In this document: in pieces, positions 45,897 to 59,200 of the stretch
Position numbering within the stretch: the stretch's first letter is position 1
Layout: each line of letters starts with the position of its first letter
The notes under the pieces: model-generated
What the model was told of the DNA's origin: nothing
The model's input: only the letters and a program-made list of their open reading frames with translations
Databases searched by the model: none
Translations under genes and position numbers: made by a program
Source of the DNA: Rotaria socialis
Lineage: Eukaryota
Direction of reading: 5' to 3'
Assembly (NCBI GenBank): GCA_905331295.1
Contig: CAJNYD010000550.1
Coordinates: 50,606 to 114,605 of the forward strand
DNA length: 64,000 nt

Positions 45897-45996
45897 NNNN
45901 NNNNNNNNNNNNNNNNNNNNNNNNNNNNNNNNNNNNNNNNNNNNNNNNNNNNNNNNNNNNNNNNNNNNNNNNNNNNNNNNNNNNNNNNNNNNNNNN
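45897..45996. other. Assembly gap (100 N)
   Basis: Run of exactly 100 N, a typical unknown-size scaffold spacer. Confidence 1.
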
Positions 45997-46690
45997 ACAC
46001 ACGTATATATAGGAGAGAGATAGAAGAGAGACAGGAGAGAGATATATTATAATAATGGAAAGAGAATAGAAGGAAGAGGAAGGAGAATCATCGAAGCGTG
46101 CCATCAATATCGGCACAGGTGCCAAAACATACGAGAAAATACGTTTGCCTGAGGGTGAGGTGTTGCACGCAATGACTCAGCGCATATTTGAAAGCCATTT
46201 TTTTTTACCATTGTTGCTCATCTTCGAGTAAGACGAAGAATCTCCAACCACGGCTAAATACATATCAGTGGAAGTCTATTTCGAAGTGCTTTGGGACGAT
46301 GCCAAAACTTGCCAGAAAATACCTTGCATTGGGGGTGAACAACTGTACACAATGAGGTTACAGTTCTGCTTGAAGTCATTTTTGAAGATTATCGAAGATG
46401 TTTTTGGACGTAGCATTGAACCAGAAGTGTCCGTAGCACGGTAAAATATATACGAGTGGAAAGCTATTGTCTGCATATGCTTACCTTATTGGCGGATTTT
46501 GATCCCATGAAGAGAATATTGTAGATGTCGTTATTGGGCGGACCCTGTTGTGAGATCGGGAGGTTTAGAATGTATGTCCTCGAAATGACCAGTAAGAACA
46601 AGTATACGTAAAACGTGGTGGAGTATGGCGAAAGAACTGAATTTTCTGTTATTTGATCCGTGGTCTGGTGTAATCGATTGGCTTAGTATC
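45997..46690 (-). mobile_element. Possible degenerate non-LTR retrotransposon 3' fragment
   Basis: GC-elevated block abutting the gap. Broken minus-strand frames (SFRGH..., YILPCYG..WFNATSKNIFDNLQK) loosely resemble the post-RT region of LINEs and end in a CT-rich tail. Weak. Confidence 0.25.
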
Positions 46691-47445
46691 AGAGATTTGT
46701 TTCTCAGCTACATTTCGCGCATACAAACGCACTACGAATTAAGATTCTAATTTATTTCCAACTAAAAAACGCCAACTAAGAAATGTGCAAAAGGATTTTG
46801 GGTGTAATAATAAAAATATAATATAGATGTCGCTAATTTTGTATGATTCACTGAGAAGGTTTAGCATGGTACCGATACATGTAATGACTACTGTTTATGC
46901 AGGTATTCCTTGTGGTTTATTGTCTTAAAATGAATCTTTATATTTGAGAAGTCTCCTAATCTAGTAGCTCATGGTGGTGCTTTAGTTGGCATTTCACCAG
47001 CCAACCTTCTTTCCTTTTTAATTTATACATAATTAAAAAATATTCATGATCAATAACAGTTTTTTTGTTTCATTTGAAACCCGATCTGATTTTTTTCTAT
47101 TTATCTCTTGTTTCACAACGTTATAATTTGACGCAAAGTTATAGAAACGAACTTGGTGTTCAATCTCAAAATATTGTAGATTACAACATCTTTTTAGTGA
47201 ACACATCTCTTGTTGGTGTTGGTAAACTGTTTTATTCGATGAGAGAATAATCAAAATTTTATTGTTTGAGAAGTTATAGTATAAAAATTAAATCGAAGAT
47301 TATCCGTAGAGATTTATATTAAACTCGCGAAAAAATTCAACGATGTGAAAAAGAAGGAAACTCACACACATTGATATTCTTTCTGATAGTTTATCCTTCT
47401 TCAAGACACGTTGCGATTGGCGTAACCTCAACCATGATGACTCTT

Positions 47446-48254
47446 CCCACGGAGAAAATTTTTTTCAAAAAACCGCGGTAATCACCGGTCACAAAAACCG
47501 CGGTTTCGGCCGGTATTTTCGGATAGCGAAAGTCAGACCATCTATGCGTATCTATAACACCGGCCAGAACCGCGGTTTTCAGCGGTTTAGAGATACGCAT
47601 AGATGGTCTGAGTTTCGCGCTTTTGAAAACCGTCGCATACCGCGGTTCAGAAAACCGTTGTAAACCGCGGTTTCAGGCGGTATTTTTGAAAGGCATAAAT
47701 GGTCTGAATCCCGCGGTTTTGAAAACCGATAAAAACCGTGGTTTCGAACAACGCCGCTTTGGGTGATTTTTTTAAATGCATAAATGGTCTGCCTACCGTT
47801 ATATCCAAAAACCGCTTCAAACCGCGGTTATTTTCAATACACTAGACTCAATAGGAGCAGGTGTACCGAACATAACCTGTACCTTGAAAGTTTCAGGTTT
47901 TGCGCCCTTCGAGGGGCAGTGTAGTGAACTCTCCCGAGCTCCATTTCCACAAAGTGTCTTTGTAGAGTTCTTATATTATGTATGTGATATAAGTAAAATT
48001 TGCCAGAATTTGTGGGGCACGACATCTCGAATGTCCTTAAACATTTCTTGACACTTTGGTATGCACCGCGATTCCTCACATGCAAACCGCTGTTTTCAGA
48101 ACCGCGGTTATTATCGAGTACACCGCGGTTTGGAAAACCGTTAATAATCGCTATATTCTGAACCGCGGTTATTATCGAGTACACCGCGGTTTGGAAAACC
48201 GCTGATAACCGCTATAATGAAAACCGCGGTTTTGTATAATTTTTTTTCCGTGGG
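47446..48254. mobile_element. Non-autonomous CMC/EnSpm-like element (809 bp) with CCGCGG subterminal arrays
   Basis: TIR CCCACGGAGAAAA vs revcomp CCCACGGAAAAAA (12/13), TT on both flanks (2-bp TSD), about 12 CCGCGG palindromes, and a 61-bp tandem duplication at ~48097-48218. Confidence 0.85.
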
Positions 48255-48359
48255 TTTTATACAAAAATAAATAAAAACCCAATATATGTATTTTTTTTCA
48301 TCATAAAATTGAAAATGCGTTATATTTAAGTCAGGTTTTATACGCAGAACGCGTGTGTG

Positions 48360-48694
48360 CCCATGTTGTGAATACCGGATCATTTTTTGCGGTAAACCGC
48401 GGTATTTATCCGTTCTGCGGTAATGGGAGTCAGTAACCGGACCGGTAAAACCGCGGTAAACCGGCGGTTTTTTGCTCATGTTTATCACATGTAAAAGTAA
48501 AAAAAAAGGATGATTAAAATAGTTTAATTGATGGTTTGGAAGACTTTTTCTGTCAAAGATTATAGGCGAACCAGTTAACCGCTTTTTTTAGCGGTAACCG
48601 TGGTATTTATCCGTTCTGTGGTAATGGGAGCCGGTAACCGGATCGGTAAAACCGCGGTTAACCGCCGATTTTCATGCGGTTTTTATTACATGGG
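48360..48694. mobile_element. MITE with CCCATGT...ACATGGG termini
   Basis: 7-bp perfect TIR shared with the 43934 element. Internal ~72-bp direct repeat (48391-48462 vs 48593-48664) carries CCGCGG and GGTAATGGGAG motifs. Confidence 0.75.
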
Positions 48695-51600
48695 TATAGT
48701 ATAATGCATAAGTGTGTTGCATTATCTAAGTTATAGAAACGAACGCTTATTCACTGTTCACCAGTCCACGGATCATTAGTTCTTCGTGTTCTATTTCGAT
48801 GAAAACCTCGTTTCGCGTTGGCGCTCAAAGAAGCTAGATTAATTAATGTATGCATATAGTTTACTTGTTCTTGTTGCATAAAAAGATAAGAATAGATCTT
48901 AATTTATTGTTTTACATTGAGTATCGAACATACAAGTGTAAACTATATTCAACCGCTTATTATAACTTATCAAGAGCATATTCACTAAATCATTCGAAAC
49001 CATTATTTTGTAACGAGCTTGCTGATTAGCTAGCATCTCAATGGGGTTTACACATTTTTGTAGCAGGGGTTCCTTTCAAAGTTTTCTAATTAGTTAAATT
49101 CTTTATAATTTTAAATTGTGAAAATCGGAAAGTAGTTAAGAGTATATCGCTTGGCCAGCGTCGGTTAAAACACGCATGCATGAAATCGCTATATAAGTTG
49201 GTTGAAAATGAGATAACGCAAATATAACTTTAATCTCCTTTGGAAAATACTTAGAAATTCTTTCCTGTATAAGATATAATTAGCTCATTTTTTCCACGAT
49301 CCATAGAAGTATAGCACATCTGTAATCGAAAGTGGCCTAGCCACACGGTAAAAATCAATAATTAATAAGGAAAAGAACCAATTCATTTTTACTCTTGATC
49401 CACGGATATTATTGTTCCTATTTCGATAAGACAAAAGTTTTTATCTTTATCTATTTCGAACTTGTCACTGTCACTATTAATTCTTCATTAGAAACTTTCT
49501 AAAAATGCGGTTAAGTTCTCGATATACGAAAAAATGCTTCCAATCACTTCTGCGACATTGCCAAAGACAACGAAATACTTTTGTACAGACCAAATAGTCT
49601 TATACTACCTTTATAAATTGAGCGAGTACTAATAAATATCTTACGAAATATTTGCTAGAGTTTGCAACTAGAATTGAAACATTGAAGAGTAATAATCAAC
49701 TATTTCAATCGTCAGAGAAAAAACAACAATGTCTCAATAACTTTCTCACTTCTAGTCAAATACTTCTAGAAGAACCAGAAATAATTAGTATAAATTATTC
49801 TATGCTATTGATCTAACTGACGTGAAATCAGGGAGCTTAGGAAATATAAAATTTTAATGTATTACTCATTTTAGATGACCAGGTACTTTGAAGTACTTCG
49901 AACAAGTGCAGATGTTCAATTAAAAATTTACTCACAGATCAACTTTTTCTTGCTAAGTCAATGCAAAATTGCCATTCATGCAAAAAAAACGGGAAAAAAA
50001 ACAATCGAATCTATATTTCTAAACAACTTGTTTTTAAATAATTCAAGGTACTCTCACATATGTCAAAGTACGATGTTTCCCCTTTTTTCCATGAAAAATA
50101 TTTTCTAGCTGCCTCCTTAGTAAGGCGCATTTTCAACGTCTACTCTCTAAAAAAAAAAGGTGTTACACTAATCCTTAAAAAGGTTCTATAGCTCGGTACC
50201 ATTTTCTGCATCATTTATGGATTCTGTAAGAGCCTTGTTTAATACAGAATTTTTCACTCGTCCTAGAAAGATGATGGTTCTAAAACAACAGCTAGTAATA
50301 GAAAGAAACTCCAGCGTGCAAAAGCGGCTCCTGGTAGCTCTCGACAGATGTTGTAGGAGCCAGTCCGACACACCATTGTCAAAACACCTAATTGGTTGAC
50401 CGAAACAATACCGAAAACCGATGAAAAATCTTCATGGTCAAACTGATCATCCCAATCCTTTCTTCTTCTCACAACAGCTTCAATCTCACTTATTGAATGC
50501 TATTCAAAAAATAATATAAACTTCACCCCTCACTGCTACTCATCAGCAGCCAAAACACTGGCGACTTCGAAAGCAAATTAAACAATCCTCTGTCATTTGT
50601 CCACACATTCGCATAGAGTAGTTGCTGACTATTCGGTTTTCAATTGATTCCCATTAGTTCTTCTCGTTTCTATTATATTACTATGCTGTTATGATATGAT
50701 GATATTGATAGTTAAATGATACGAAATTGATGATTTTTAATTTTACTGATTACAATTATTTTATAGGTGTAATTTCAAGTTTATGTTGTTATTTGTATAT
50801 GTCGATATGTTTGTCTAGTCATATATTTTCTGTTTGTAACATCAACAAGGTAGATACTCATTTTTCTCCTACATTATTAAAAGAATAACTATTGCCATAA
50901 AGTAATAAAACTTATCGTGTGAAAAATTCATATAAATCATTTACTTCAATATAAATATTTAAAAAAAGGATAGACGCGGTCTGGTCACTGCAGTTTGTGT
51001 ACTAATAATCAGGTCATGTCATCACTTCATTTTTTTCCTGTCAGTTTGATGACGTATGATTGTTCAATTATGATTATACTAGACTCTGATAGTTTATTGA
51101 CGATAATAGACGTCTGTTCACTATCTTATGTATTATATCTGTTATCACTTCTTACTATGATACATATATAAATAGACTAGAAAAACGAAAGGGATGAGAG
51201 TCGCAATGTGTCTTCTTGTGTATTGCGTCAACAACAATAGTCTGGTAACAAAAGTTTGATTTTGAAAAACATTTCAACTATAATTAGTAACATTCAACCT
51301 TTAAACATTTGTTCGAATGCCAAGATTTCAAATGACTGAAGCTGCTTATGAAACATAGAAAAAACATATCATACTTAGAATAATTTGGACTGATTCAATC
51401 CATTTCACAATAATACTCTGTGTATATGTATTCTCATATTATTATTTTTTTCAATCATTAAAAATCCCAATTGAAATAAATATTATATTGGTTGGCAAAA
51501 TCGTATAGATTCTATGAAAATCTATTGATTTTTTTTTGTATATAACAAAATATCATTTGTCGGAATGAATTGCTTGTATACTGCTTGTCTATGTCATAAT

Positions 51601-52214
51601 CTCTTAGTATTTGTTCATCTAGATGAGACCATTAGATCATAGTCATGTAATGAGAATCGCATAACAATAATTGTATGAATTGCACCATTTATTGTACAAA
51701 TATGATTTGTTTTTTATTACTTGCGTCTTTCTGCATAATATAGTCAATTAAAATGAATAATCGTAAGTTCAATAATAAATTTAGAGGAAAAAAAACGACA
51801 TAGAGCGTTTTCTATCTTTTTTTCTCATTCCCATCAACGCATCTATCTAATATATCATCAACATGGCTGCCTTTTTTTTCCATTCATCAGTCAAACATGA
51901 TTTTTATTAATCTTCTTTTTTGATATCATTATGATTTATGTATATATATCGATCCATGGAGATAGATGGCAGTAGTATGCAATGTTATTTATTTTAGAAT
52001 TGAATTAAAAATTAAATTAATTTTTAGTTTTCAACAATAAATCTTTCATTTATTTAACGATATTTAAATATAAAAATAAGAATAAACAGCTTCTTCTTCT
52101 TATTGGCGCAGACATGATGCTTATGATGTTTATGAATCCTTTTTTCCAGTCAATTAGTCTCATCTGTTATTGTCTTTTTTTTTCGAGACAAATCGAAAAG
52201 AAGAAATAAAATTT

Positions 52215-54352
52215 ATGTGTGAAGTAACATCGTCAAATTTTTTGGAATTATTTCCATTCATTACTCAACTCATTGATCAATCATGTTTTCTTGCTATTGA
52301 TACTGAATTTAGCTCGGTTGATACGTTTTCTTCATCAATAAAAACAATTAAACAACTGTATGAACAACGTTCTAGTTTTGTCAAACAAATAACTATACTT
52401 CAGTTTGGTATTGCAATCTTCTCTAAAACATCTGAACAACAAAAATATGATGTTAATATTTATAATTTTTACCTTAATCCAACATCAATTCATCCAATCG
52501 ATGTTGAATACTCGATGAAATCATCATCAATTAAATTTTTAGCGGAATTTAATTTTGATTTTAATAAATGCTTTTATTCAGGTATTTCATTTCTTAATCA
52601 AACACAGGAAGAAATCTTGGTGAATCAAAATAAAGTAATAATATTCGTTTTATTATTTTCGCTTCGATCATCTATGTTTTTTGTTTTGTTTTAGTCATTA
52701 TCAAATTATAAATTTTCAATAAATGAGCAAAGTTTTTTGAATATTTTATTTGAAAAAATGAATGCTTGGTTAATAACAGCACATGTTGATGATGAAATGG
52801 AATATGAATTCGATGAAAGCAATAAAGATATATTAAACGATTATTTACTTCATTTTGAAATACGTCGGTGTTTTAAAACCATTTGGACAACTACGAAAAT
52901 AATTGATGATAAAAAAATACTTTTCATTCATCATATTACGAAAGAAACATATGAACAACAATTGAAAGATAATCTGGATAATGAAAAAAATTTTCAAATA
53001 TTTATTCAATCGTTAACTGGTTTTACTAATCTAATACGTTATATACGAGATAGTTATCGAAAACCAATTGTCGGTAAGTTAGAAGTAATCGAGTGAAAGT
53101 CAATACGAATATAATATTTTTCAGCTTATATATTTGATTTAATCAACATACTAATAAATACATCAGTTCAACTCTAAGATTTGAACGTAGAGTTATCTTG
53201 TTGATTTCCGTACTAATAAAGTAAAAAGATGAGCTTTTTCTTGTTCAAAGATAATCATACTTTGTTTGGATCTACATGATGCACATAGTCTCGAGAACAA
53301 TACGATTTATGAATTGCAAAAAAATCCCTTGCGAGCAAGATTTCCTATGACATCATAGACCTAGCATAAAACTTACTTCCTGACAATTTCGTCGACTATC
53401 TGATAAAATAATGTCTATTTTAAGGACATAATTGTTTTCTCGATTGGCTACTTATTTATGATAAGTTTCTTGATAATCTTCCACCAAAATTTGAAGAATT
53501 TCAAAGATTATTAAATCAAAATTTTCAATCATCCCTATTCGATACAAAATATCTTGCATTACAAATGAAAGAATATCTATTTACTCGTCAAAATCGTTCT
53601 AATATAAGTAATTATATTGATAAACTAACAACAGCTACATCACTGTCATCTTTATATGATTTATTAACATCGAAATACTATGATAGTTTAATTTTTCTCA
53701 AGCCTATTATTGAAATAAACTCAACAAATCAATTTCAATATCAAGTTCGAGTAAGAACGAATGAAAAAAAAGGAAATTATGTCGATTTTAATTTAATTTA
53801 ATTTTTGTTTAGAAACATGAAGCTGGTTATGATGCATTTATGTCGGGTATTATATTTCTTAAAATGATTTATTTATATAAACAAAAACATTTTAACAATA
53901 AACTTGATTTCAATGAACATCAATCGATATTTGATATATGTTTAAATGAAATTCAAATATTTAAAAATCGTTTTTATTCAACATTTCTTCCATTTATCTC
54001 ATTAAATCGATATGATACAAATAAAATTTTCAAGAAAAAAACTTTACAACAATGCCTTGTGATACAAAAACATAGTAAAGAAAGAATAGATCTGCCAGAT
54101 ATTATAACAAAATTCAATGCATATTGTACAATGGAATATGAAGTTAATAGAAATTTAAATAAAATTTATCTTCTATTTCAATCTGAACGTTGTCAACGAC
54201 AAATCCTTCAAGATTATATCGATGATCCATTATATAAAATTGAAAAATTTAATTGGTTTAAACATTCGTTAGTTGTGAAATATTCATTTGGAATATCAAT
54301 AGTAATGACTGGTATTTGTATCGCTTTTCTACTCAAAAAACGTCAAATATGA
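52215..54352 (+). CDS. PNLDC1: PNLDC1/Trimmer-like CAF1-family DEDD 3' exonuclease with C-terminal transmembrane helix; 4 exons (52215-52634, 52695-53073, 53425-53750, 53813-54352)
   Basis: MCEVTSSNFLE..FLAIDTEFS, ILQFGIAIF, SSIKFLAEFNFDFNKCFYSGISF, KPIVGHNCFLD, FDTKYL, HEAGYDAFMSG. The hydrophobic tail YSFGISIVMTGICIAFLLKKRQI favours PNLDC1 over PARN. Confidence 0.85.
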
Positions 54353-54897
54353 TAGATATGTTTAACATTGATTATTTTCATTTGTTTTTTAATTTCGACG
54401 ATTGGAATCAAAAAGAAGAATATCGTTCGATTACTTCGTGCTTTCATACTTTTCGACGATAATGATCCATCTTTTTTTCTTTTTCATCACTTCACCTTGC
54501 TGTCCTACCTTATTATAAAGCAGAGGCTAAATGTATGTATAAAATACATGCGTATACTATGTCCGATATCGTATATGCATCGATTGTCGTCAAAAATACG
54601 TATCATTTCTTCTTTTAAGTGGTATATTTATGTTACAGGTACTTTATATTCATAGTTTGATGTGTTTTCGAAGATCAATGAAAAATAGTTGACGATTATA
54701 CACATAAGCTCTATTATCTTTGTCATTTTTTTTATCTTGTGGCCCTTCGATAGGAAAAAAAGGAGAAGAAAGATCATGGACCGTTGATAATCTGCTATTG
54801 ATTTGTCGACTTATTCGTTGTTGTATTTCTCTTGGTATCATGCGTATTCACATAACAACATTGCTTCCCGATGTTAATAGTACTCGTGATGCTACTT

Positions 54898-54934
<37 letters not shown>
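54898..54934. repeat. (ATG/GAT)n microsatellite, ~12 units
   Basis: Perfect trinucleotide run read directly. Confidence 0.95.
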
Positions 54935-54935
<1 letters not shown>

Positions 54936-56293
54936 AACAAGAGAGAGAAAAAGATGTTTATGATTATGTGAACTTTGAATAAGATTCGAGTACTTCGATT
55001 TAACGAAGATCGATAGTTTTCTTTTATGTCAAAAGTGTTCGCTATAAATATGATAAGTTATTTTTAATAATGAGACATTCTACGTATATAATCTAGTAGT
55101 ATTAAATTCGACTCGTTTTTCCCCTTGTTTCATCGACAATGTTTTGTCTTGTCATTTATTCGTAATTGTCATCGTTGTTATATGCCGTCGTCGTAGTTCT
55201 TCTACTTCTTTCTTTTCTTATATTCTTTTTCTTTCTTCATCATCATAGTTAGGGCGTTTTCACATTAGAGCAACAAGAGCTACTTCTTGTTCATCATCTA
55301 CATAGACGATGGATTTTCTTATTTTTTGTTCTTCATTTTTTTCCTCCCCGCCTTTCCTTCGTCTTCTCAACAACATATACAGCTGAAACTATTCTTCTCC
55401 CATTTTTTTTCTTTTGTTTTCTACTGATTTTGGTGAGTACAACAGCATATAAAAAAGAAAGGAGGATAATAGAATGAGAAGACGGCGAACAAGAAGAAAA
55501 AGAAGAGAAAAATCTTAATCACATTTTAACTATCCGCTAACACCATCATCACATAGTATCCATTTTCTTCATCAATGTTGTTGATGTCTGTCTTTATAAC
55601 ATTGAAAACTGATCTGACATAGACAAATATAGATGAAGAAGTTATTTGTATACTGACGTAATTATAACAGAAAGAAGTTTACTTCATTTTTGCCTCTAGT
55701 AGTCGTTCATAGTTCTCCTCATTCATTGCCAATCAATCAATAAATAATGTATAGTGTGAAATGTTAGCAACGTGTGCTATGTTTTCTCTCGTTCTTTGTC
55801 TACAGAATTTTGCTGTACACACGTAGAAAAAGAAGAAAAACTAGAAGTGAATTGTAATTGTTGCCCACTTGAGTATCATTTTGAGAATTGAGATGGGAGG
55901 AAAAAAATGACGAAAGAAGAATATGATAAACTGAAATTTGTTATAGTTTTTTTATGTGAATATATCATTGATAAAACTACTAAAGAAATACGGCAAAGAA
56001 TGTTATGTCCAATATTGATTTCAGGATATTCTTTGTTCATTTATCTATTCTATTTTCAGATAATTTTTGTTTTCCTTTTTGTTTTCTAACCATAATCATG
56101 ATCATCTTCAATTATCCATCAACAAACATATATTCTATTTGACAATGTAAGTCAATCCTTTTATAAGTCTATAATTGAGTTAATATTATTTTCTGTTACT
56201 TAGGTAGCATAAAATACATTGGTAATTGAATAGAAAATATCTTCTTTTTTTCTTGTGTGTCTGTGTGTTCATTGATCCATACATATTATTGAC

Positions 56294-59200
56294 ATGTATG
56301 CCGATATGATTTGTGATGTTATGCCCCCCATACCTGAAGATGGCGGTGGTAATGGTTCCAATGCTGAAGGTAATGGATCAGATAATGGTGAAGAAGCTGA
56401 AGCTAATATTGAACAGTTAATGGTATCAATGCTTGAAGAACGTGATAAAGTAATAATAATAATAATAGAAATAATCTTTCTTTACTTAGACATTTTTTTT
56501 TTCTGTTTTATTTAGTTACAAGAAAAATTACGTGAAACCGAAGACATATTAAATACATCACAACAAAAATTGACTGAAACCGAAAAAGAACGCGATATTC
56601 TATTACGTCAATTATCACTTAATGCTCCACAGGTTTGTATTCGGATTATAAGATTTGTAGTTTTATTCTTTTTGTGTTATACATTTATCTATGATATTCA
56701 AAAATCACGTCAGTTTTGATTGACATCGATCACATATTCTTAAAGCAATCTACATAAAAGCTTAACGACCATTTAAAAAAGTTGTCATGATTTAATGACA
56801 GCTCGATAACAAGTTGAAAATCTTGTCAGTCTCTACACACAAGAAGGTTATACATCGTATTAAATCGAAATTTTGATTTTACTTGTTCGTTTATACCAGG
56901 GGGTGGCCAGATCGAAAATAGAAAAATAAGAAATTTTTTTGTAAAAATCAGAAAGTTTTTAAGGAAAATCAGAAGTTTATCAGAAAGAGTAATTTTTGCG
57001 AAATAGCGACTTCTGTATACGATGCTGGCATTAACTATTCCACTACTTTTATGTCATTGGCTGGTACTTCATTTCCAAATATTTGCCACTATAAAGATGA
57101 ATATTCATCAATCGATAACGAATCTTTACGAAACATGGTTTTTCCTTTACATGTCGAAATGATAGTCCTGTGGCTAATTAATTTACTTCGATTTGTTTCC
57201 CTTCACAATCAAATTCAACCATATTAATATCATCCAATAGATAATTTTGTTTTTATTTGTGGAATGTTCAATTAGATAAGATTCTCGAAATCAAGAAAAG
57301 AAATTTATCAAATTCTAGTGCATTGCAGTAGCTGAAGTTGCCTATATAAGTCAAAAATTACCAACGGATAATTGAGAAAAACAAGGTACCGCAATATACA
57401 TCTATGTTACCAATGTGTGTTGTAATTGTACTGAACTGCACTAGCAAAAATGGGATCTGAAATAGTTTCGAAATCGGAAAAAAATCAGAACATGGTACGA
57501 AAATCAGAAGAAATTCAGAAAGGACTTCAAATTTCAGAATTTTCCCCTACTTTTCAACAGATCTGGCCACCCTGATTCACACTATCCTTCGTAATAATCA
57601 CGTTATCATTAGCACTTTCGTATTTATCTTAATTAGTGATAAACCTTGATATATCTCGACGATAAGCAATTTCTTTTTTTTAATTTATTCGTAACATTTG
57701 TATTTAAAAAAGAATCATATGCACACACCTGATATGATCAAAAACTCGTTACTGAAGATAAAGGCCGTTTTATTTGTGATTAAGGCATCTTTTTTCTCTT
57801 TCTCTCTCTTTACCAATCATTCACACGTCAAGAAAAATTGACCCTCGAAATACTATTTGAGTTTGTTACTCGCGCATTAAAAGAGTATGTGTGATCGCAA
57901 ATTTCACAGTCGCTGTCGTGATGATCAAACACTAGTGATTAGGTCGTTGATTCTTTTTCTTCTTGTGTCCTATATACCTCGTTTTCTCTTTCTCTCGTTC
58001 TTTATATTCGATTCGTCACTGATTGTTTGCTAGAATAATATACCCCAAAAGTTTGAATGGGAATTGACACACAAACATGTATAGTCTGATGTAATTTAAT
58101 ATACTAGTACATGAAATGCAATGCTTTACGCGCAACTGATGATAATATTAAAAAGAAAACGAAGTAGAAGACACTTTTTATTCAATATTCTCATTGATTC
58201 ACAAGAAACCAACCAACAACCAAACAATTAGATGGCTTCATACTAAATAAATGAATGTTATTCTATGTAGATAGACTAAATAAGACATATGATCGATGTC
58301 GCACTGTTGAATGACATACTGTTTTCATCGTTAGAGGCATATTAGTAGAACAGTAGTAATAGTAGTCTTAACAATCAAGTCTTGTGCGAATTTTTCTAAC
58401 TAGACCGGATGCCAGAGAGTAGATATTTATACATAAGAGAGCATGTCTTATAAAAAGAGAGTGAAAACCTAAAATTTCAAAAAGAAAATTTTTGTATTAC
58501 TTGTATTGCTTCCTAGTAATGAAGCATTTTGCGTAATTAGAAAAGGGAATACACACACTTCCCACTATCTCAGGGCCTCTGAGTAATACGAGTTTGATGA
58601 CAATAGTCATTTCAATAATAAACAAACTCATCTATTATTCTTTCCGATGCATGAGATGCAGTCTTTTCTTCTCTTTTTTATATGTCTATCTGACGTTAGC
58701 TTACATATTATTACTCGTATACTAGTTTCAATTGACGACAATGCTAAGTGCCATTGCTTGCCTGTTTTCATCTATAGAATACGAATATGATATCGACCTT
58801 CATTCTTGTTTACCGACAGCATCATCAAATTCGCAAGGCGCATATAACTATGTAGAGACATGAACTACTAGTAAGTCAACCATTTAATGCAAGGCCATAT
58901 GGATGATAAAACGAATGCGCTACCATCTAGGTACATATACTGATAATGAATGAACGGCAACTAGAGTAAACAATTAATCGTAATAATAATTTTTATTTCT
59001 ATTTACTCTTGTAAGTAAAGTTATAAAAACAAACCTGAAAGAACAGAAAGAGAGAGAAAGAGAGAGAGAGAGAAAGAGCACTAGAGGAAGACAAGAGATA
59101 AGTAGAGAAGAGAAAACGAGTGAGGCAAAGAGAGAAAGAGACAATCCGAGCGGAAAAAAGAAGCGAGAATCGACAACGACGACAAATTCGTTGATTATTT

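Noticed and set aside
47391..48488. ORFs with repeated peptide GFPNRGVLDNNRGSE; array considered as CRISPR-like or foreign DNA
   Set aside because: The peptide repeat is translation of a 61-bp tandem duplication in a TIR element. There are no regular unique spacers or cas genes, and the context is eukaryotic.
54368..54971. Short ORFs on both strands between PNLDC1 and liprin
   Set aside because: I could not build a phase-consistent gene; poly-Asp is just the GAT microsatellite.
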